A program made the translations under genes and the position numbers. The notes below the pieces were generated by a model. The model did not search any database. It saw only the letters and a list, made by a program, of their open reading frames with translations, and was not told the origin of the DNA. This document shows positions 40,769-51,126 of a stretch of 64,000 nucleotides of DNA, piece after piece (position 1 is the stretch's first letter; each line of letters begins with the position of its first letter). Source of the DNA: Thermoplasmatota archaeon (GTDB lineage Archaea > Thermoplasmatota > E2 > UBA202 > JdFR-43). The DNA is taken from assembly GCA_038818725.1 (NCBI GenBank), contig JAWAYL010000001.1, positions 5,676-69,675 of the forward strand. The letters are read 5' to 3'.

Positions 40769-41355
40769 CATGGGAAAGGACATTTATCACATTTTCTTTT
40801 CCTGCAGAAATCTCTTCCAAGTTTCATAAAAGCTATTTCCATCTCAACTTCATCTATTCCTTCAATTTTTTTCAATTTTTTATTAAAGAGGTGATGCTTT
40901 TTTGCAGAAATTATTGCATATTCAGATATACTATGCTCTGTCCAAGGAAGTTCTCTTAAAAATATATTGATTGTAACATCTCCTATCCCTTTTGCTAAAT
41001 TTTTTAACTCATCTTTAAGTTTTGATGATTCTTTTATTTTTTCAATTCCACCAAGCTTTAATATATTTTTGCAAGCTTCAATAATTTTATCTGCTGTTTT
41101 AAAATCATATCTTGTATATCCTCCTTCATCAAGGCATCTCACAATTTCATCCCATCCTCCTTCTATTATCTTTTCAGGGCTTGTATATCCATTTTTTTCA
41201 AGAATTTTATATGTTTTTATTGCATTTTTTTCTCTTATTGGGGCGCCAAAAAGAATAGATGCAAGAAACCATTTAAATGGCTCCTTCTCTGGATTTATTC
41301 CTAAAATTTCACTGTATCTTTTTCCATAAATTTTTACAAATTCTCTCAGCTCCAT
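40765..41355 (-). CDS. HhH-GPD superfamily DNA glycosylase-like protein
   Basis: 196 aa. Helix-hairpin-helix-like ILGINPEKEPFKWFLASILFGAPI, and a Cys cluster at the C-terminus (CRKRKCDKCPFPC). Family-level call only. Confidence 0.4.
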   Translation of the reverse strand: MELREFVKIYGKRYSEILGINPEKEPFKWFLASILFGAPIREKNAIKTYKILEKNGYTSPEKIIEGGWDEIVRCLDEGGYTRYDFKTADKIIEACKNILKLGGIEKIKESSKLKDELKNLAKGIGDVTINIFLRELPWTEHSISEYAIISAKKHHLFNKKLKKIEGIDEVEMEIAFMKLGRDFCRKRKCDKCPFPC

Positions 41356-43907
41356 TTCAGATTAATTATATAAATTTCCTCGCTTTCCATCTTTTTATTT
41401 CCAGCAAAATCATATGCAACTAATTTTATTTCATGCCTTCCAATTGAAAATTCATCTATCTCCCATGAAGCATATTGATTTGTTGAATTTCCTCTATATG
41501 CATCATCGTAGTAAAACTCGATTAATTTTACTCCATTTAAATCATAGCATTCAACTTCTACTTTTAAATTCCCTATTATAAGAGTTATTTCTGCATCAAT
41601 AATTTTTCTTCCAAAAATATATACTCCTTTTATAGGAGAGACAATATTTATTTCTGGTGCAATTGTATCTACTTTTATTTCAACTCTATTATTTTCTTCA
41701 AAATTCCCTGCAACATCAATAGAGAAAAATTCAAAAATGTATTTTCCATCTAGTAAGCTTACGCTGCCGTTATATTCTAAAAATTCTCCCCCATTTATCC
41801 TGTAAAATGTTCTATCTATGCCAGATACTAAATCATTTGAAAAAAGTGATACATTTATCTTTTCTTTATACCATCCATTTGATGAATTTTTATCAATAAA
41901 AATAAGAGTTGATGGTGGGCTTTTATCTATTTTAACAGTCGCAACTTTAGTTTCTTCATAATTTCCTGAATTATCAAAGCTATAATAATAAATTGTAAAA
42001 TCCCCTTCTTCAGAAATTGCAACTGGCGCAACATATTCGCTCCAAGCGCCCGCGCCAATCTTGTAATAGCTTTTATTTACCCCGCTCAAGTAATCTATTG
42101 CATTTAAAATCAAAATTGCATTGCTTACATACCATCCATTTCGTCCATTTGCTTCTGGGTTCAATTTGCATATAGTGGAAGGAGGCGTTATATCTATTAT
42201 TACTATTTTCGTTGTAGAATTTCTATTACCAGAATTATCTTCTACAAATAATGTTACATTATATATTCCTTCATTTTCATATGTATGATTTACGATAATT
42301 CCATATCCAATGCTTCCATCTCCAAAATCCCAAGTATAGTTTACTATATAGCCATCTGGATCATAGCTTGAGGATGCATAAAAAATAACAAATTTTCCAT
42401 TTATTTCATAGGTAAATTGAGCTATTGATTTTTCGCTTATTACAATAGAAGTTGAAAAAGTGTCACTTGCTCCATCATTGTCTTTAACTTTTAGCGAAAT
42501 CACATAGACACCAACATGAGAATAGGAGTGATTTATTATTTTACCATATTTTATATTTCCATCCCCTAAATCCCATTTATATTCGACAATTGTTCCATCT
42601 TTGTCATAGGATAAGGAGGCATCGAAAGTTACTATTTCTGTAGGGGATGCTACTTGAGGGGATATAAAATATGCCACAGGTGGGGCATTTGCCACCATTA
42701 TATCTTCATAATATTCTCCAGATATCCCTCCATCTTCATCGTGAGCTCTGGAATAAACTCTTATTGTGTGATTTTTCATTGAAGAATTTATCTGGAGGCT
42801 ATTATTTGTACTCCAATTTCTGATTAAAATACTCATTGTTAAATCATAAAATTTGTAATAATAGGTGATAGTATCATATGGAACATCTGTTGAGCCTGTT
42901 GCATTCGCAAACAAAGTATCTCCTACCTCAATATAAGAGGGAGTAAAGATAATATCTGTTGGGGGAGTAGGAGGTCTATTTAAAACTGTAACATAGCAAG
43001 TATCATTTCCAATTCCTCCATCATCATCTCTTACCTGCACTCTTACTATTCCTGTATAGTCATCATTCCATGTATAGTTTGCTGTTTTTGATGAAGACCA
43101 ACTTGTATCATATATTCCATCATTATTCCAGTCCCATCTATATTCAAAAGTATCATTGCCTGGATCTGTTACATTCCCTGCTACAAATGTAATTGGTTGA
43201 CCTTCATATCCTGTTTTATTTGATGTCCCAGATATTGTTGGAGGAGTATTATTCACTCTTATAAAAGTAGTAGAGGTATTTTCCGCCCCTTCATTATCTC
43301 TTACCCTCAGCTTTATTGTATAATTTCCGTCATCACTTATTCCAAAGGATTTTAGATTATTCCAATTTATTGAAGGACTTATTCCATAAACATCATATAC
43401 GCCATCATTATTTAAATCCCAAGAATAATTTACAATGGACCCATCTGGATCATAGCTTCCAGACGCATTTAAATTAACTACTTCTCCTTCATTTATATAA
43501 TATGGACCACCAGGATTGGAAATAGGAGGACGAGCTATAACTGTAATAATACAAGTATCGGTATCCTCTCCACCCATATTGTCTCTGACTCTCAAAGTAA
43601 CAGTATAATTCCCCACCATATTATAAGAAGTAGTAACCTCGATACCATATGCATCTGTGAAATTTACTCCATCGCTTGCATCAAAATCCCAGCTATAATT
43701 AACAATATATCCATCGTAATCTACTGAAAGAGAGGCATTTAATATAACAGTTTCATTTCTATAAACTGTTTGATTTCCGCCTGCGTTGGCAATGGGTGGG
43801 AGATTGGGCGGGGGTGGTTCGGCTGTGGTAAATTCTTTTATATATAAAATGATTGAAAAAGAAATCAAAAGAGAAATAATTAATGTCATCAATTTTTTCT
43901 CTCTCAT
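41346..43907 (-). CDS. Secreted surface protein (about 853 aa) with multiple PKD domains; N-terminal TM/signal anchor
   Basis: Probable start is the Met at 43907 (MREKKLMTLIISLLISFSIILYI); the track ORF extends to a TTG at 43949. At least five PKD modules (YSWDFDASDG, YSWDLNNDG, YRWDWNNDG, YKWDLGDGN, YTWDFGDGSIGY). No C-terminal anchor. Confidence 0.7.
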   Translation of the reverse strand: MREKKLMTLIISLLISFSIILYIKEFTTAEPPPPNLPPIANAGGNQTVYRNETVILNASLSVDYDGYIVNYSWDFDASDGVNFTDAYGIEVTTSYNMVGNYTVTLRVRDNMGGEDTDTCIITVIARPPISNPGGPYYINEGEVVNLNASGSYDPDGSIVNYSWDLNNDGVYDVYGISPSINWNNLKSFGISDDGNYTIKLRVRDNEGAENTSTTFIRVNNTPPTISGTSNKTGYEGQPITFVAGNVTDPGNDTFEYRWDWNNDGIYDTSWSSSKTANYTWNDDYTGIVRVQVRDDDGGIGNDTCYVTVLNRPPTPPTDIIFTPSYIEVGDTLFANATGSTDVPYDTITYYYKFYDLTMSILIRNWSTNNSLQINSSMKNHTIRVYSRAHDEDGGISGEYYEDIMVANAPPVAYFISPQVASPTEIVTFDASLSYDKDGTIVEYKWDLGDGNIKYGKIINHSYSHVGVYVISLKVKDNDGASDTFSTSIVISEKSIAQFTYEINGKFVIFYASSSYDPDGYIVNYTWDFGDGSIGYGIIVNHTYENEGIYNVTLFVEDNSGNRNSTTKIVIIDITPPSTICKLNPEANGRNGWYVSNAILILNAIDYLSGVNKSYYKIGAGAWSEYVAPVAISEEGDFTIYYYSFDNSGNYEETKVATVKIDKSPPSTLIFIDKNSSNGWYKEKINVSLFSNDLVSGIDRTFYRINGGEFLEYNGSVSLLDGKYIFEFFSIDVAGNFEENNRVEIKVDTIAPEINIVSPIKGVYIFGRKIIDAEITLIIGNLKVEVECYDLNGVKLIEFYYDDAYRGNSTNQYASWEIDEFSIGRHEIKLVAYDFAGNKKMESEEIYIINLKWS

Positions 43908-43957
43908 TGAGCAAAATATATTTTTTATATTTAAGCATTTTGGGTTCAAGATTTCAT

Positions 43958-44974
43958 CGGGTATGTAGAATAAATAAAGAGATTTCCTGAGTATTTTCTA
44001 TATTTTTAACTTTTCAATCAAATTTTTTAATTATCTTAAATTACTTTATTGCATAAAGTAATCATATTCATAAGAGTAATAGCAACTCCTCCAAGAGTAA
44101 AAGCTCTTATGTTTTCTCCAAATATTGTTTTTAACCTAGAGAAAACATATTCTTTGTTAAATCTTTCTTTGTAACCAGTAGCTTCTGCCCATTTTTCATA
44201 TCCTAATTCATTATACAATTTAACTTCTTCCGCAAAATCTTTGCTTCCTCTTAGGAGGAGAATGAAATTTTATTTTCTTCTTTTTAGCTAGATTATAATT
44301 CTTTCTTGAGAAATATGCTTTATCTCCATAAATTGTAGAGCCAGAAGGAATATGCTCTATAAACTCTTCAAAAAGAGAGGAATCATTTACCTCTCCTTCA
44401 GTTATAGCAAAAGCTACTATTTCTCCTTTGCTATTACATATTTTATGGAGTTTATACCATTTCCTGGTATTTTTCTCCTTAAATTTTATTATTTTCCAGT
44501 TTCCTTTTCTTCTTATTGAAAAACCTGTTGAGTCTATAAAATACTTATCTGGCCTCAAATCTTTTTTGAAGAATAGTATTCCTTTAGGAATAAATTTTCT
44601 AATCCAGTCTTTTGATTCTTTCTTTATTCTTTTCTGTAAAGAAGTGTAATGAAAATTTTTTCCAAAAAGAGAATTAATTAAACCAGCTAATTCTCTATAA
44701 GGTAAAAATGTATAGAAAGCAGAAGCTATTGCAATTAAAGAATTAGGTATTTTATATTGTGCTCCTTTTTTCCTTTATTCATCTCTTCCAACTCTTCTTC
44801 CAGTTTCTTCTCATCTACTTTTAAAGCACTATATGCACCTTCTACCATCTCTTTCCCAATTTCAATTAATCTTCTATCCGTTTCTTTCCAGTCCATCTCA
44901 TCCCCTCTTATTAAAGATGAAATAAAGGAAAGAAATTTAATCTTTTTCTTTTATTCTTTTATTCTACATACCCG
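43958..44974 (-). mobile_element. IS5-like insertion sequence with perfect 16-bp terminal inverted repeats and a 7-bp target-site duplication
   Basis: Inverted repeats: CGGGTATGTAGAATAA at 43958-43973 and its exact reverse complement TTATTCTACATACCCG at 44959-44974. Direct repeats ATTTCAT at 43951-43957 and 44975-44981. Encodes a DDE transposase on the minus strand. Confidence 0.75.
44036..44896 (-). pseudogene. IS5-family DDE transposase, split into two frames at about 44219 (frameshift; programmed or inactivating)
   Basis: MDWKETDRRLIEIGKEM...FIDSTGFSIRR...IVAFAITEGEVNDSS...YGDKAYFSRKNY...RFCGRS* is followed in the next frame by ...ELGYEKWAEATGYKERFNKEYVFSRLKTIFGENIRA. It has the DDE D1/D2 regions and the C-terminal Y-R-E-K-like region. 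Track ORFs 44220..44558 and 44036..44218. Confidence 0.55.
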
Positions 44975-45030
44975 ATTTCATCATAAAATTTATATATATA
45001 ACAAACATTATAATTTAAAGGAGGCAGAAA

Positions 45031-48000
45031 ATGGAAGGGAAAAAAATGGTTTGTTGGTTTGCGGGTGTTTTAGCGATAGCAATGGTTATCTCAATAACAG
45101 CGGGAGGCGAAGATACCACCCCCCCTCAAACAATTATAACAGTGGAAGAACCAAATTGGGGGATATTGAACCAATATGTGAGTAGCCAAACACCGATATG
45201 GATAAATGGAACAGATGATAGCTCGGGGGTAAATGCAACTTATTACAGAATAGCTTTTGATGGGTATGAGCATCCTCTCAACCCAAATGATGGTTATTGC
45301 GGAAACACCAATATTACTTACTACAATGACAAGCTTTGGTATGTTAGATACAACAATTCTGTTGACTTTGCCCCGATTTATTTGCATGAAGAATGTGTGC
45401 ATACTATAAAATATTTCAGTATAGACAATGCAACAAATGTTGAAAATGTAAAAACTAAAACATTCTATGTTGATAATACGCCACCATATTCTTGGATTGT
45501 GGTAGGGGATCCTAATTACAAGGTCAATGAAACTTATTATTATGTAAAGACTTCAACAAATATAACAATACTTGCCAATGATTATTATGACGGAAAAGAA
45601 TGTGTTGTAGGAAACTGCACAATCTGGTATAGGATATATAATAACGGTTGGGGAGAATGGCAAAAAGGAGAAGCAGGAGTAAATGTAACATTTAATTTTT
45701 CTCAAGAATGTGAGCATTACTTGGAATGGTATGCAGTTGATGCACTTGGAAACAATGAAAGTGAAAATGGAATTCATAATGTAACATTTAAAGTAGATAA
45801 CACACCACCTTCTTCTACCTGCGAATTTGGTAGCCCTCAATCTACGAGCGAAGGAAAAACCTATATAACAAGTAATACACCGATTTATTTAAATGCAACA
45901 GATGCAGGTTGTTTGCCAGGAACTTATATAATTTATTATAGAATAAATTACAGTAATTCATGGACGGAATGGTTACATGGCAACCTAAATGAAAATATAA
46001 CCTTTACATTAAATGATTTAGGAATTCCCTGGAACGAAGATTGTGAGCATATAATTGAATATTATGCAGTTGATAAATTAGGAAACCAACAAATTACACA
46101 AAGTGAAACTGTTTATGTAGATAATACTCCACCAACTATTTCAAAATCTTTTGAAGGAGCACAATACAATCAGTATATAACATCTCAAACAACAATATAT
46201 GTAAATTCAACAGATGCTGGTTTATGCCCAGTTGGTTCAGTAACACTAAATGTATCAATTTATTCATTTGGAACTGGAGGATGGACATATTATGAGACAT
46301 TTGTTGAAAGTGGAACAGCAACCCGTAGCTTTACAATTCCAGAAGAATGTGAGCACTGGATAAATATAACTGCAATTGATGATTTAGGAAATACTGCTTA
46401 TCATAATGAAACTGTTTATGTAGATAATACTCCACCAACTATTTCAAAATCTTTTGAAGGACCATATTATACAAATGGAACAAACCAATGGATAACATCT
46501 CAAACAAAAATATATGTAAATTCAACAGATAGTGGCACATGCAGAGTTCGCTCAGTTCATCTGCATGTGAAAGTATATAATGCATCAACTGGGCAATTAA
46601 TCTATGATCAATGGAACAATGTAACAAGTGGAATAGCAAGGCTTAACTTTAACATTACTGAAGAATGTGAGCACTGGATAAATATAACTGCAATTGATGA
46701 TTTAGGAAATACTGCTTATGATAATGAAACTGTTTATGTAGATAATACTCCACCATCTGGAACAACAATAGAATTTGGCCAGCCGGAATATGATAATTGG
46801 ATAACTTCAGCAACAAACATAACCTTAGAAGAGGGAAATGATGGAGGAATATGTAAATGTGGTATAGATAAGATATATTATCGCATAAATGGCATAGAAT
46901 ATGAATATACAGCTCCATTTACAATACCAGATGAATGCAATCATACTATTGAATATTATGCAGTTGACTATCTTGGAAATAAAGAACCAATAAACAACAT
47001 AACAGTTAGGGTGGATAATACTCCGCCATTAGTGAGAAAAGAAATATATGGACCATTTGATGAAATAAATGGGACATATGCAGTAAACTTTTCAACAATA
47101 ATACATATAAAGAATGCATCTGATAGGGGATGTGATGGAGGAGTTGGTTTAGAACAAGTGGTATATAGGATATGGAATGGCACAGCCTGGCATCCGCAAA
47201 GTGATGGCGATTCATATTGTGGAAATATCAACATAACTACAATTGGGGGAATATCCTGGTATGTGGCAATAAATAACGCTGTTAACTTTACCAATATAAC
47301 CTTCCACGAAGAATGTATCCATTATTTATTGATTGAAGCTTATGACAAACTTGGAAATAAATATTCTGATAATGAGACATTTGCTGTAGATAATAGCAAG
47401 CCCATTTCATGGATTACAATAGGAGAGCCAAGATGGGATGGCAATGAATATACTGCTCAGAATATATCAACCAACACAATTGTACATTTACATGGACAGG
47501 ACTGGGGGTGCTTATCTCGCTGGAAGATAAAATATAAAATAGATGATGAAGATTGGAAAGAAGGAGGATGGTTTGAAGTAATTAATTTAACATTTGGTTC
47601 AGGAAACCATACTTTGGAATGGTTTGCAACTGATGGAGTAAATGAAGAAGTACATCATACACATAACTTCTACGTGATAAAGACACCGATTTCAAACTTC
47701 AGTTATACTCCTTCCTCTATCACAACTTCTACAATAGTTGTATTCATTGCGGATGAATATAAAAATCCAATAATAAACTTTACCTGGAATTTTGGAGACG
47801 GATACAATGGATATGGAGGAATAATAACACATCATTATACATCACCAGGTATGTTTAATGTTACATTAACAGCAAAAGCATTTGGTGGCTTGCTCGAAGA
47901 ATCAACAACAAAAAGTCTGACAGTAATAGCATCCCATCCAGATTTTTATCCACCTGTTGCAAACTTTAAATGGTATCCAGAATCTCCTTACACTATAGAC

Positions 48001-49305
48001 GAGATTGAATTTATTGATCTCTCATATGATACCGATGAAGGTGGCAATGAGATACTTTCATGGCTTTGGTATTTTGGAGACGGAGATATTTCAACTGAGG
48101 CAAATCCACACCATAAATATCGTGAGAATGGCACCTATACCGTGACTTTGTATGTATGGGATGATGAAGGAGCAGTAAACTGGACTTCCAAATACATAGT
48201 AGTGAATAATACTCCTCCAATAGCTGATTTCAATTGGAATTCTGCATGGTATACTGTAAATTTCATTGATAACTCAAGTGATCCAGATGGACATATAGTT
48301 AATTGGACATGGAATTTTGGAGATGGAAACATTGGTTATGACAAAAATCCGCAGCATACCTATAGCGAGAATGGAATTTATTATGTCACCTTAACAGTTA
48401 GAGATAATGATGGAGCTGAGGCAAGCATAACAAAAGAAATTTGGGTAGCCATACAAAGTCCAGTTGCAAACTTTACTATCGAGCCATGCTGCGGAATAAT
48501 TGGCGAGACAATATACTTCAACAGCACTTCATATGATCCAGATGAAGATATAATAAATTGGACATGGGATTTTGGAGATGGAAGCATTGGTTACGGAGAA
48601 AAAACAACTCACCAATATTCTGCTGCAGGAGAATATAATGTTATTTTAACAGTTACTGATACAGATGGAATAAAAAATTCAACAAATAAAACAATAAAAA
48701 TATACGGAAGAACATCATTTACATTTACTTTCTATTATGGATGGAATTTGATAACAATACCATTAACATATGAAGGAAATGCAAGCGATTTAGCTTCTCT
48801 TATAACCCAAAAAACTGGAGCAAATGTATTGGCTATAGCAAGATGGAATGCATCAAGGGATATGTTTGAAATGTGGATTTCCTACGACGAAAGTATTGAC
48901 TTTCCAATAGAAGAGGGAGTTGGGTATTTCATATATGTACAAGGCAACGTTACCTTTACATTAGAAGAACATTATCCAGTATTGAGAGTAAAAGTTCCTC
49001 TCCAAGCAAGGCAAATACCCCCAGAAAACATGTCGGAAACAAACTGGAATCTGATAGGATGGTTTAAATATGAATCAATGAATGTAACTCAGTTCTTGCC
49101 ATATTTCGTTGAAAAAGTTACAGGAATCAACAATACTACAGGAACACAGGTAAGTATATGGGATGCAATAAATCAAGGATACATCAACTATTTACCAATA
49201 CCTGGATGGGCAACATTCTTTAATATAGAACAGGGAATGGGTGTGTTTGTGTGGCTGCGACCGATTCCCGAGGGAAGCTACTGGAAAGATGAGCAATGCC
49301 CATAA
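45031..49305 (+). CDS. Giant secreted adhesin-like protein (1424 aa): N-terminal signal, at least seven tandem Ig-like modules of about 100 aa, then PKD domains and a C-terminal beta-rich domain
   Basis: Signal/TM MEGKKMVCWFAGVLAIAMVISITAGG. Repeated modules each beginning VYVDNTPP / FYVDNTPP / FKVDNTPP and containing EECEH...AVD. PKD motifs NFTWNFGDG, WLWYFGDGD, WTWNFGDGN, WTWDFGDGSIGY. Strong SD AGGAGG upstream. Confidence 0.7.
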   Translation: MEGKKMVCWFAGVLAIAMVISITAGGEDTTPPQTIITVEEPNWGILNQYVSSQTPIWINGTDDSSGVNATYYRIAFDGYEHPLNPNDGYCGNTNITYYNDKLWYVRYNNSVDFAPIYLHEECVHTIKYFSIDNATNVENVKTKTFYVDNTPPYSWIVVGDPNYKVNETYYYVKTSTNITILANDYYDGKECVVGNCTIWYRIYNNGWGEWQKGEAGVNVTFNFSQECEHYLEWYAVDALGNNESENGIHNVTFKVDNTPPSSTCEFGSPQSTSEGKTYITSNTPIYLNATDAGCLPGTYIIYYRINYSNSWTEWLHGNLNENITFTLNDLGIPWNEDCEHIIEYYAVDKLGNQQITQSETVYVDNTPPTISKSFEGAQYNQYITSQTTIYVNSTDAGLCPVGSVTLNVSIYSFGTGGWTYYETFVESGTATRSFTIPEECEHWINITAIDDLGNTAYHNETVYVDNTPPTISKSFEGPYYTNGTNQWITSQTKIYVNSTDSGTCRVRSVHLHVKVYNASTGQLIYDQWNNVTSGIARLNFNITEECEHWINITAIDDLGNTAYDNETVYVDNTPPSGTTIEFGQPEYDNWITSATNITLEEGNDGGICKCGIDKIYYRINGIEYEYTAPFTIPDECNHTIEYYAVDYLGNKEPINNITVRVDNTPPLVRKEIYGPFDEINGTYAVNFSTIIHIKNASDRGCDGGVGLEQVVYRIWNGTAWHPQSDGDSYCGNINITTIGGISWYVAINNAVNFTNITFHEECIHYLLIEAYDKLGNKYSDNETFAVDNSKPISWITIGEPRWDGNEYTAQNISTNTIVHLHGQDWGCLSRWKIKYKIDDEDWKEGGWFEVINLTFGSGNHTLEWFATDGVNEEVHHTHNFYVIKTPISNFSYTPSSITTSTIVVFIADEYKNPIINFTWNFGDGYNGYGGIITHHYTSPGMFNVTLTAKAFGGLLEESTTKSLTVIASHPDFYPPVANFKWYPESPYTIDEIEFIDLSYDTDEGGNEILSWLWYFGDGDISTEANPHHKYRENGTYTVTLYVWDDEGAVNWTSKYIVVNNTPPIADFNWNSAWYTVNFIDNSSDPDGHIVNWTWNFGDGNIGYDKNPQHTYSENGIYYVTLTVRDNDGAEASITKEIWVAIQSPVANFTIEPCCGIIGETIYFNSTSYDPDEDIINWTWDFGDGSIGYGEKTTHQYSAAGEYNVILTVTDTDGIKNSTNKTIKIYGRTSFTFTFYYGWNLITIPLTYEGNASDLASLITQKTGANVLAIARWNASRDMFEMWISYDESIDFPIEEGVGYFIYVQGNVTFTLEEHYPVLRVKVPLQARQIPPENMSETNWNLIGWFKYESMNVTQFLPYFVEKVTGINNTTGTQVSIWDAINQGYINYLPIPGWATFFNIEQGMGVFVWLRPIPEGSYWKDEQCP
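45440..47060 (+). repeat. Tandem coding repeats (about 318-bp period) inside the giant adhesin gene; two central units are nearly identical at their boundaries
   Basis: GAAGAATGTGAGCACTGGATAAATATAACTGCAATTGATGATTTAGGAAATACTGCTTAT...GAAACTGTTTATGTAGATAATACTCCACCA occurs at 46342 and again at 46660 (offset 318 bp = 106 codons). Diverged units lie upstream and downstream. Confidence 0.7.
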
Positions 49306-51122
49306 AAACTATTCTCTTTTCCCTTTTTTTAATTTTGTTTTTTTCTTTTGTTAATTCTCAACCCCCAACCCCTCATCCAGTGTGTGGTTATATATACTAT
49401 GGTATAAGTAATATTCCAATAGATAATGCTTCTCTTATTATAACAAATTTTCAAAAAAATATTTCAATAAATATTGAAACAGATGAAAACGGTTTTTATA
49501 TTTTCAACGGAACAGATATAGGGGAAAACGGGGATTTGATAAATATATTTGTATATAAAAACGAAAGATGGAGTGGAAATAAATCAATAAAACTAGATTT
49601 TTCCTATGCTTTTCAAGATATTGATATAAATCTTTTTCCTTTATGGAATAATAAGCCGAGTAGACCTATCATAAATGGTTCTTCTTATGGGCATCCAAAT
49701 GTTTCCTATAATTTTGTTATAAATTGCGAGGATAATGATAACGATTTTTTTCAATATTTAATAGATTGGGACAATGATGGAATAATGGATGAATTCAGCT
49801 CATGGACAAAAACTTATGTTACAAATCACTTATGGAACGAAACTGGATTTTATGAAATAAGGATAGTGGTTAAAGATACAAGCGAAGAAGAAAATGAAAC
49901 CTTATTTAATATGATTATAGAAAAAGAAAACATCCCTCCCTACGCGAATTTTACTTATCTTCCTGAAGAAATATATGAAAAAGAAAAGATAAAATTTATA
50001 GACAAATCAATAGATGAAGATGGATTTATAGTTAATTATACGTGGGAGTTTGGCGACGGTAACATAAGTTATGAGAGGAATCCGGAACATGTATATGAAA
50101 AAAGTGGAGAATATAATGTAACTTTAATTGTTATGGATAACAATGGGAGCACATCAAATAAAAAAATTCAAATAGAAGTAAAGCTAAATCATCCTCCTAA
50201 TAAACCAGCTTTGCTATATCCACCAAATGGAGCAACTGGAATAAGCATTAATCCTACTTTATCATGGGAATGTAGCGATGTTGATGGAGGTGCCTTAACT
50301 TATGATGTTTATTTTGGAACTTCTTCGCCGCCACCAAAGTTAGCAACAGTTACAACTACAAGCTATAATCCAGGAACATTAAGCTATTCAACTACTTATT
50401 ACTGGAGAATAGTAGCTAAAGATGGAAAAGAAGAAAATTCATCAGATATATGGCAATTTACAACTACGGCATATACTCCTCCATCTGCAAATCAGCCACC
50501 TACTTGCTCATTAAATGCAAATGTTAGCCATGGATATGCTCCTCTCTATGTTAATTTTATAATAAATGCAAGCGATACTGACGGAAGCATAGTAAGCTGG
50601 GAGCTAGATGTAAATAATGATGGAATTGCTGAATACAATGGCTCTGTTTTGCCAGCAACAAAAGAATATGTTTATAATAGCCCAGGAAATTATACAGCAA
50701 GGTTAAAAATAATCGATGATAAAGGAGCAAGTAGTGATGTAACAATAACAATATTGGTTTTGAATCGCCCTCCGAGTGTTAGGATAATATCTCCCAAAAA
50801 CGGTGAAACAGTTAGAAAAAATTTCCTTGTATATGGAGAAGGAGAAGATGTAGACGGAAATATATTTCTGGTAGAAATAAGAGTAGATGGAGGAGAATGG
50901 AAAATTGCAAATGGTACAACAAAGTGGAATTATTCTCTAGAATTAAGTAAAGGAGAGCATATTATAGAAGCAAGAAGTTACGATGGAGTGAATTACAGTG
51001 AAGTTTTTTCCATCAAAATAAAAGTAGAAGATAAAAAAATACCATCCTTTGAGACAGTGATTGTTTTGATCACTCTTCTTTTCCTAATTTGGAAAAATAA
51101 ATATAGAAAAAAATTATTTTGA
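49296..51122 (+). CDS. Secreted surface protein (608 aa) with fibronectin-III-like and PKD domains and a C-terminal IPSFE-TM-basic anchor
   Basis: Signal peptide MPIKTILFSLFLILFFSFVNSQ. FN3-like PPNKPALLYPPNGATGISINPTLSWECSDVDGGALTYDVYFGTSSPP. PKD YTWEFGDGNISY. C-terminus KKIPSFETVIVLITLLFLIWKNKYRKKLF. The start overlaps the stop of the giant gene. Confidence 0.65.
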   Translation: MPIKTILFSLFLILFFSFVNSQPPTPHPVCGYIYYGISNIPIDNASLIITNFQKNISINIETDENGFYIFNGTDIGENGDLINIFVYKNERWSGNKSIKLDFSYAFQDIDINLFPLWNNKPSRPIINGSSYGHPNVSYNFVINCEDNDNDFFQYLIDWDNDGIMDEFSSWTKTYVTNHLWNETGFYEIRIVVKDTSEEENETLFNMIIEKENIPPYANFTYLPEEIYEKEKIKFIDKSIDEDGFIVNYTWEFGDGNISYERNPEHVYEKSGEYNVTLIVMDNNGSTSNKKIQIEVKLNHPPNKPALLYPPNGATGISINPTLSWECSDVDGGALTYDVYFGTSSPPPKLATVTTTSYNPGTLSYSTTYYWRIVAKDGKEENSSDIWQFTTTAYTPPSANQPPTCSLNANVSHGYAPLYVNFIINASDTDGSIVSWELDVNNDGIAEYNGSVLPATKEYVYNSPGNYTARLKIIDDKGASSDVTITILVLNRPPSVRIISPKNGETVRKNFLVYGEGEDVDGNIFLVEIRVDGGEWKIANGTTKWNYSLELSKGEHIIEARSYDGVNYSEVFSIKIKVEDKKIPSFETVIVLITLLFLIWKNKYRKKLF

Positions 51123-51126
51123 AAAT

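Noticed and set aside
44036-44896. Programmed -1/+1 frameshift in the IS5-like transposase
   Set aside because: A frame change near 44219 is evident, but no slippery heptamer could be identified by eye. It may equally be an inactivating mutation, so it is called a pseudogene or frameshifted gene without claiming recoding.
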